The translations under genes and the position numbers were made by a program. Shown piece by piece: positions 23,201-32,400 of a DNA stretch of 37,618 nucleotides (its first letter is position 1; every line of letters begins with the position of its first letter). Under the pieces are notes generated by a model. The model did not search any database, was not told the DNA's origin, and was given only the letters and a program-made list of their open reading frames with translations. The stretch is taken from NCBI RefSeq assembly GCF_001194135.2, contig NC_069005.1, positions 26,566,847-26,604,464 on the forward strand, given 5' to 3'. Source of the stretch: Octopus bimaculoides (taxonomy: Eukaryota).

Positions 23201-26200
23201 AAACTGTGCAGGAATGGACATGTGATGCATACAGATGAGGAGAACTATGTGAAGAAGTGCTGGTTGCTCAATGTGGCTGGAACTTGCAGAAGAGGAAGAC
23301 ATGGGATGACATGGGATGACATGGAATGATGTGGTGAAAGCTGACCTCAGCATCCTGAGGTCTCACAGAGAAGCTGACAAAAGAACCGAGATGTCTGGTG
23401 ATATGAAGTTCTCAAGAAGACCTCTGCCTACCTCAGCAAAATTGAGTTTTGGAATAACTGTATATATTTACACAAATGGGTACCTAACCCTATCTCTTCC
23501 TCCTCCTGTTCCTACCATTCATCACCTCCACCACTGCAGCTCTCCCTAAATACCACATTATTTCAACTAATACCAGTACCATTTCACCCATTGGGCTATT
23601 CTTCCCCCATTAACATTATTTCTCTCCACCCACGCATCACACTGATTCATCTTCTTTCCCACATTCTCCCCCCCCCACCAACACCACCACCACCACCACT
23701 ACTCCTGCAGCCTACCTAAACTGCATCATTTCCCCCTCTCTTCTCTCCTTCCAGTCATCCCCATCATCATCACTATCCTGTCAACCTGCCCACTCCCCAC
23801 CCCTCAACACATTTTCACATTCGTCTCTCCATCTTCTTCATCTCATGACTCACTGGTCATCTGCCCTTCAAATCCACCCGATTTTTATAGTTGCAGTCTG
23901 TCTCTCTAGCCCCCATCCTTTCATACGATGCCCTTCACACAATCCTGAAAACCCACCACCAACTTACTTCTATCCACCTCATGCCTATAGGGACCAGGTG
24001 GGCACCACATCACTATTTATTGCTTTGTAGCTCCTTTCTAATCACTGTCCCCATCTCTGCAACTGCTTTACAAGGACCAGCTCTATCTCCCTTGTACCCC
24101 AGCATAAAGCCAACCCTTTCCCCCACCCACTTCAGTAGGTTCCATAGTCTTGTGAGGTTGCATCAGTGACCGCAATACTGTTGGTGGCACATAAAAAAAA
24201 GCACCCAGTACATGCTGTAAGGTGATTGACATTAGGAAGGATATCCAGTCTTTGAGACCATGCCAAAACAGACACTGGAGCAAGATGCAGAGCCATTGGA
24301 GCCATTGGATCCTGCCAAACCATCCATACCATGCCAGCACAGAACATGGAGATTAAATCACACACATATAAGAAAATACTTTTTGGTAGAGTACAGAGTA
24401 ATATGTTGGTAATGACAATAAAGTTAGTCAGAACTGAAGGAATTCTTAATTTATTGATATACAGAAAACTTTCAAATTTTCCAAGGAAATGTATTAACGT
24501 AAACATTCGACTTCATTTTATTTTATCTTATTTTATTTCATTCCAAATCTGAAGACTTTCTGTATATACATATAAATAAAGAAACAATTCCATCGTTTAT
24601 TTTAACTAACCTTATTATTATTAGCTCTATCTATCTACCTACCTACCTATCAACCTATTTACATCTATCTATATATCTATCAATCTGTCTATCTTCTTAT
24701 CTATCTATCTCTTTATCTATCTATCAACCTATCTATCTATCTATCTATCTATCTATCACTGCCTCTCTATCCATCCATCTATCTATCTATCTCTCTCTCT
24801 CTGTCTATCTGTCAACCTATCTATCTATAAACACAGCTAAGTAAACTAGTAGCACTTCTATTTCACAGCAGCATAGATGATACTTTGAACAGTCTCCTAT
24901 GGCTACTGCAGCAACTTATTCAGTAAATGTCAATATTTTCATCTCCATTCAACACATTCATGTCTAGCATGAAAGAGCTGAACCTCAAACCAAAATGTCA
25001 GTTAAAGAAAATACTTACCAAGAAATTTACTTGAGTTCACTTCAGGTAATTCTACATCGGTGCCAAACACAAGAACTTCTGAATTCCGGTGCCCATTGCC
25101 ATTGTCCTTCGAGGTTGCCGTGGATACTGAAAGAACAGCTGGAACCATAGAAATAGCATGTCAGGAAAGCAAGCAGGGCTACAGGTAGTAAGCATGTCCG
25201 CATGCAGGTTTAGCTGGTTAAATTGGTCAAAATAGAGGAATTACATATCTGGTTGTCAAATGGACCGAGATGGTAAAGGATGGTGGGAGGGTTGGGATGA
25301 CAGAATGGCAGGGATTGCATTGTAAAGAGGAAAGGAAGTAACTATGAAGGTTAAGGAAGTTGATAGTATGGCCTTCAGATATAATAAAGGCGTTTAGGAC
25401 ACAGAGAGGATATAGGAGTTTAAGACATTGAGAGAGGATATTATGAGGTTAGGACATTGAGAGAGGATAAAAAAATTTTAGGACACTGAGAGGGGACATG
25501 GGCGTTTAGGATACTGAAAGAGGATATATGAGTTTAGGAGAAGGAGAGATGATATTATGAGGTTAGGACATTGAGAGAGGATACAATAATTTTAGGACAC
25601 TGAGAGAGGACATGGGAGTTTAGGACACTGAAAGAGGATATATGAGTTTAGGAGAAGGAGAGAGGATATTATGAGGTAAGGACATTGAGAGAGGATACAA
25701 TAATTTTAGGACACAGAGGGGACATGGGAGTTTAGGACACTGAAAGAGGATATATGAGTTTAGGAGAAGGAGAGAGGATATTATGAGGTTAGGACATTGA
25801 GAGAGGTNNNNNNNNNNNNNNNNNNNNNNNNNNNNNNNNNNNNNNNNNNNNNNNNNNNATGGGAGTTTAGGACACTGAAAGAGGATATATGAGTTTAGGA
25901 GAAGGAGAGAGGATATTATGAGGTTAGGACATTGAGAGAGGATACAATAATTTTAGGACACTGAGAGGGGACATGGGAGTTTAGGACACTGAAAGAGGAT
26001 ATATGAGTTTAGGAGAAGGAGAGAGGATATTATGAGGTTAGGACATTGAGAGAGGTATTATGAAGTTAGGACATTGAGAAAGGATATAAAAATTTTAGGA
26101 CACTGAGAGGGGACATGGGAGCTTAGGACACAGAGAGGATATATGAGTTTAGGAGAAGGAGAGAGGATACGAGTTTAGGTCAAGAAAAGAAGATAGGATA

Positions 26201-29200
26201 CTGAAGGAGGATACAGGAATATAGGACACCGAGAGAGGACACAGGAGTTTGGGACATTGAAGAGGAGAGAGGGTACAGATGTTAAGGACAATGAGAAGGG
26301 ATACAGGAGTTTAGGACATCCGGATAGAATATGGGAGTTTAAGACTTCCAGACGGGAGAGTAGAGTTTTGGACATCCAGATATAGGAGGTTAGAACATCC
26401 AAGGGGTTGAAATGGGTGGATTTGTTCTTGACTGGTGATAGGATATTTTGATATCAGGTAGAGATAAAGGGTTATTTACATTACAAAATTTTAACAAATT
26501 TCTTGGTTCCCAAGATTCATGTAGAAGACAGAGAATTAAATTACAAGACAGAACAGATTTTTAACATCCTGTTCAAGTAGAAAAGTCTGGTAGCAGACTG
26601 TAACTGACATCTGGGGTTTTGCTATGAATAAACTGAAACATCAAAGAATTTAATATGGTCATAAGTATGGCCTAATTTAAGTCATAAAACCACTTAACTT
26701 GTCTTTAGGAAATGCTGAAACCTTTGCAGTTGATATCATGGGATACATATTGGGCCTGTCTATGAACTGTCTTCTCTCATTTATTAATAGTGATCTGGTA
26801 GGATAACTGAACATGCCCACTTTATGCCAGAGTCCCTGTTCTGGCTCCCCTTCATAATGAATTAGTTCTCTTATTCGTCAGTACATACAATGTCACCCCT
26901 AAATACACAGCAGCAGCAACAGATAATTTTTTTAGTGCACAATATGGCTTCAAGTCTGTCCTTGAAATCAATGGTGTTTGCTAATGGAATTGAGTTCAGT
27001 GCATTGCACTGTCACACAGAGACTTGTTCAGGTTTCTTAATTTAGTCAGCAGCTAACAAGACAACCCTCTAATGTCTAACCCTAACCAACCAACCAACTA
27101 ACAAATGAAATTACCAATCAATTACTGATTTCAATATTAGCCACCATCTAACCAGTCAAGACCCCCTAATGCAGTGGTTCTCAACAGGGGTCCATATAGG
27201 ATCTTGCTTTCATTGATAAAGATTATGTACAATAAACTGGGTACACTTCAACACAAAATATTTTAACAATTTTCTACAAAATTCCTAATATTTAAGTATA
27301 AAACATAATAGGGCTTTTTTTAAAAAAAAACATTGAATGGCTATAGGGGTCCAGTAAAGTAAAACTGGAATCGAAGAGGTCCAAAGACAAAAGATGGTTG
27401 AAAACCACTGCTCTGATATTAGTCATTAGCTGACCAAACAAGCTTTCTTAATGTTAGTCGTAGAATCTAGTTTATAGTATGTTCAGAAAAGATATAAGTA
27501 TATTAGTGGGTTTCTTAGTTTTTTTGTTTGTTTCTTTTTCACTGAACTTTCTTGTTTAGTTTGGGATTTTGTCTTTGATGACATCTCAGACATTGTCCAA
27601 TTTATTCCATAATTCTCTGAATAATTAATTTGAAGTACATGTTGTCTCTTAGCTGCCGTAAAGTCTACCTTCCTAGATGGGTGAAAGGATCACATCTCAC
27701 TCAGACACTTAAATTTTGACTTGGCTTCAACAGCTACGTGTTCTTCCTCTCACCAAACACTTTACAGAATGTGTTGGGGTCAGCACCCAAGAGATTCTCA
27801 CATTTTCAACAAGACTAAAAGGTCTCTCGACTCAACATTGTCTTTGTTTATTCGCCAATCACTTTAGCTGAACAAATTGACCCCAGGACTTATTATATCT
27901 TTGTTTAAAGTCAGGTACTTAACCATTCAGCCATGCATGAAGGTGCATGGCTGAATGGTTAGAGCATTGGGCTCACAATCAAGAGGTTGTGAGTTTGATT
28001 CCCAGACCAGGCTGTGTGTTGTGTCCTTGAGCAAGGCATTTTATTTCACATTGCTCCAGTTCACTCAACTGTAGAAATAAGAAGCAACATCACTAGTGCC
28101 AAGCTGTATCGGCCCCTATGCCTTTCCCTTGGATAACATCGATAACAAGGAGAGGAAAGGCTGGTATGCATGGGCGATGGCTGGTATGCATGGGCGATGG
28201 CTGGTATGCATGGGCGATGGCTGATCTTCCATAAACAACCTTGCCTGGACTTGTGCCTCGAGGATAACTTTCTAGGAGCAAGGGGGATTCTTCTCTTCGC
28301 TTCTCATTTTATCAGTATCTATTGCCAAACCACTAGGTTAAAGGGGTGTAAACAAACCACCACTAGTTGTCAAGTGATGGGGGGAAATGGACACGAACAC
28401 AAAGATACACACACGCACGTGACAGGCTTCTTTCAATTTCCATCTACCAAATCTACACACAAGGCTTTGGCAGTAGCAGTAACAATGGTGTTATGCTAGC
28501 TAGTGGATTAGATCTCTCATATTATGGTACTATACCCACATCATCCTCTGAGTAAGATGCCTCAGTCAGCTCTGGCTGTAAACAAGGTAGAACCACTATT
28601 TTACAATAGAAAAGTTACAACTGCTAGGTCTGCCACCTGCTTTTATCACTTCATAGAACCCATGCTAGAACAGAACAAGTCACATAACAAACAGAACAGA
28701 AACCCTTTTAACTTGGATTATTAAATAAATTAATTCTGCAAATTAAGAGTAGAAATGGAAAAGTTATCGTGGAAACTGAGTTAATTAAAAAAATAAAAAT
28801 CAATAACAAATAAATGAATTAATAAATAAAATTTATAAAACAAATGCTCAAATGAGAACCATAGCAAAGGTGATTGAGTTCATTTTGCAGAACATGCAAT
28901 GCAATGGTTGCTGTGGTGGACGTAGCAGGATTTTCACTGCCCTTCCTCTTTTGGCATGCAGAAAATGGCAGCATTTTAAAATGTGATAAAATCATGCAAA
29001 TTGCAATCTTTAATAATCATTTTTTAACATAGGCACATGGCCACAAAATTCGAGAGAAGGGGCTTGTTGATTACAATTCAATCCTGGAAGGTATGACGAG
29101 CAAAATTTGGCCCCAGAGGGAATTTAAATTCAAAGTGCACAGGAAAGGAATATCACAGGGAACTCTTATGACTTTGCTAATTTGCTACCTTTAACATCTG

Positions 29201-29409
29201 TAATAATAATTCTTTCTACAACAGGGGCAAGGCCTGAAATTTAGGGGGAAGGATGGAGTCAGGGGTAGTTAATTACATTGACTTTGCCCACTGCTTAAAT
29301 GGAATTTAGTTCATTGACCCCTGAAAGGATGAAAAGCTAAGTCAACCTTCATGGAATTTGAACTCAGAATATAAAACCGGTAGAAATACCACTAAGCGTT
29401 TTGCCCATC

Positions 29410-29468
<59 letters not shown>

Positions 29469-32400
29469 CATTCTGTCAAACTTAATGGTAATTAAATTGT
29501 TAAAAGAACAAGAATCCATTTTGTTTTTCCATTCTCACACACATACATGTATGCACCTGTGTACACACACTCCTTTATAGATTTCATCCAAGCTGAGGTA
29601 CATACAAACATACATACACACAGATACATGTACAAATGAAAGAAACTAGTACTAGCATGTCATGGAGTTTCAAATATTTCTATCAACAGCTTCTCTTGGA
29701 CATGCATTAATTAACGTTTAAAGGACGTAGAATGTACACCTAATTTATTAGGTGCAGCTTCTGTTTAGTACCCCTGTTGCTGGCCAGCCACTGCCTTCAG
29801 TGGCTGGTCAGAACCAGAACCAGAAACCGAGGCTATTGGCATGGCTGGCAAGCATAACTGAGGGATTCGACTTATTTCCTTTTTTCTTTTCCTTTTTCTC
29901 CTGTCTATATTCCTCTAATAAACTCTAAATCATTCTGATGATGCTTGTTACATGGAACAAGATAAATAAAAATTTACCCCCAAAATAACAAACTGAAACA
30001 GCTGTAAATGTTATTTTAACTACAGTTAAGCTATGACCATTTAATACCAATGATCAACTTCTAATTGTTAATTGTTGCTCCATTTCTTTTCTTTTCTCTC
30101 TCTCTCTCTCTATATATATATTATATATATGCACACACATCTAGAAAGAAAATCAGACACACATACACACGCACCAGACAGAAATACAGAGACATCTAAA
30201 ATTACATACCTTTCATTAAGTCACTAGAATTTTCCAGTTTCTCTGATGGCTGAGAAGTTGATAAGTTATCATCTTTGATGAGAGATCGACCAGGAGATCT
30301 TTTCGTCCGCTTCCGTACACTCCAACTTTGGATCTTTTCACTGCTGTTATCTTTGAAACCAGGTAATTTGCTAACAAAGGCTTTCTGGATATATTTAGAT
30401 CTTATCCATGCCTCTCGGATACCCCTGTACGAAAATGAAATGTGAAAGAATTTATATCATTCCCTGTCACAATCTTGTCACATTCTCATGTAACGGTCTC
30501 AACTGCTGTTTCATCTCTGTTACATTAACAGCAACATTTGCACTAGCTAAGCTGTCGGGTACAAACCACATCAAGTTACATATCTTGCTGCAGGGATTTG
30601 TGTATGTTTTGCTATTATATATTATTGCATGGTGCATATTTTTCTGCATTGTTTCAGTGCATACATATGCAGCATATTTTGCTGCAAGGCATAAGTGTAT
30701 GATGCACATTTTACAGCAGAATATTGATGTATAGTAATTGTTTTGCTGCAGCATATTAGCATATTGTCAAAGCTTTTCTGCAGCATATCAGTGTATAGTG
30801 AGTATCTTGCTCTGGTGTGTGGTGCATGTTTTGTTGCAGCATAAGGTATGAAGGGTGCTGAAAAGATCCTGGTTTTGGGTAAAAGAAAATGCAGAAGGAG
30901 GAGTTAATTATGATTTTATTCAACATATTCCCTTCTCAGATTCACACACTTATTGCAGTGGCCCTTCATTTTATCTAAGTCTTTCTAAGTTCTGTAAAAG
31001 AACTTGGAAGGTTGGGCCTCCAACCAGGCCTTTCAGGACACCCTTAAGGCCAGGAACTTTTCAGCATCACTTCTTACGTTTTCTGCAGTGTAGCAGAAAA
31101 AGACACATGTATTGGTGTGGTCTACCTCCATGCATGTATGTATGTATGTATGGATGTAGTGTCCCTCGCTATATGGCACATGTTTGATTGTAGCATACCA
31201 CAATGGAGAGGATATGTGTTTGGTGCATGTTGTACTTACCTAGTGCAGTCAGGAGTTGCATGTGCAGCAACTGTTTCACCTACATTGCTCTCATAGGTCC
31301 TGTTGACAACGTCGTTGCCAAGTTCTGCCATGACCTTCAACAGTTCTGGTTCCCAGGCATCCAGCATTATTGACCGCACCTTTGACATATGGACTCCAAA
31401 ACTCCTGTAAAGGAGTGAAAAGGGGGTGAAAAAAGTACATAAGATAGTGGAATGATAAAACAATACAAGTGAGGTAAAATGATGAACACACATTACATGA
31501 ACTGCAAAGCTGTCGCTGACAGGATTGCACTGCATCGTAATTATTTTCAAAATTATTCAATTAGTTAATTATTTTCGAAATTAATTAAAACCCAAAATGG
31601 ATTGTACTTCATCACACATATTACAAATGGTGGGGGAAATGCTTTTAATTGTCACCTAAAGAAAAAGACAATTGAAAACATTGTTACTTACCTGTGTATT
31701 CCAGAACATTCTATGCAGAGCGTTATGCCGAGGTTGATACTGGCCCATCGTGGGTCGGGAGAGTTACAGTCACAGCAGCGGTCATTACCAGGTATAGATA
31801 GAAGCTGGTTCATACGTCTTGAGTGTTTTGAAAAGATGCCAAGAGATAGAAGCAGGTGAGCAGGCAGAGAGTGAAAAAGAGAGAAAGAGAGAGAATAAAT
31901 TAATCTTTCAGGGGATAAATGAGAAATATATATTTGGCCTTTAGTATTCAGCTTACTCTGTTATATGAAATGCTTATTTATATTCACATTCATCATCATT
32001 TAAAGCCTGTTTTCCATGCTGGCATGGATTGGACGGTCTGACAGGAACTGGCTAGGCCGGGGCCACACCAGGTTCCACAGTCTGTTTGTGGCCTGATTTC
32101 TACAACTGGATGCCCTTCCTAATACCAACCATTTTACAGAGTGTACTGGGTGCCTTTTATGTGGCACCGACGCCAGTATCAATTCTGCTGTGGTGGATGG
32201 GTGTTCTTGAGAATTGAGAACAGCAATGCACCAGACATTACATTATTTTGAATTAATCTTGCATTATCTCATCATTTCAAGATTTCAATGGTGTGGCTGT
32301 TTATTTTTTAAATGACATTGTAGGGTAGGTATGAGAGGTTGGATGTGGTCAGTTTGAACATAAAACTGGTAGAATATTTTGGGTCAGATATGGCTGCTGG

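Noticed and set aside
25385-26400. Regularly spaced ~28-bp motifs that look superficially like a CRISPR array
   Set aside because: Eukaryotic intron, no unique spacers, and the units repeat as a 114-bp block; it is a minisatellite.
26175-26402. 75-aa minus-strand ORF
   Set aside because: It is a translation of the degenerate end of the minisatellite.
30467-30754. 95-aa minus-strand intronic ORF
   Set aside because: No recognisable domain or splice sites, and it overlaps the eroded tandem repeat.
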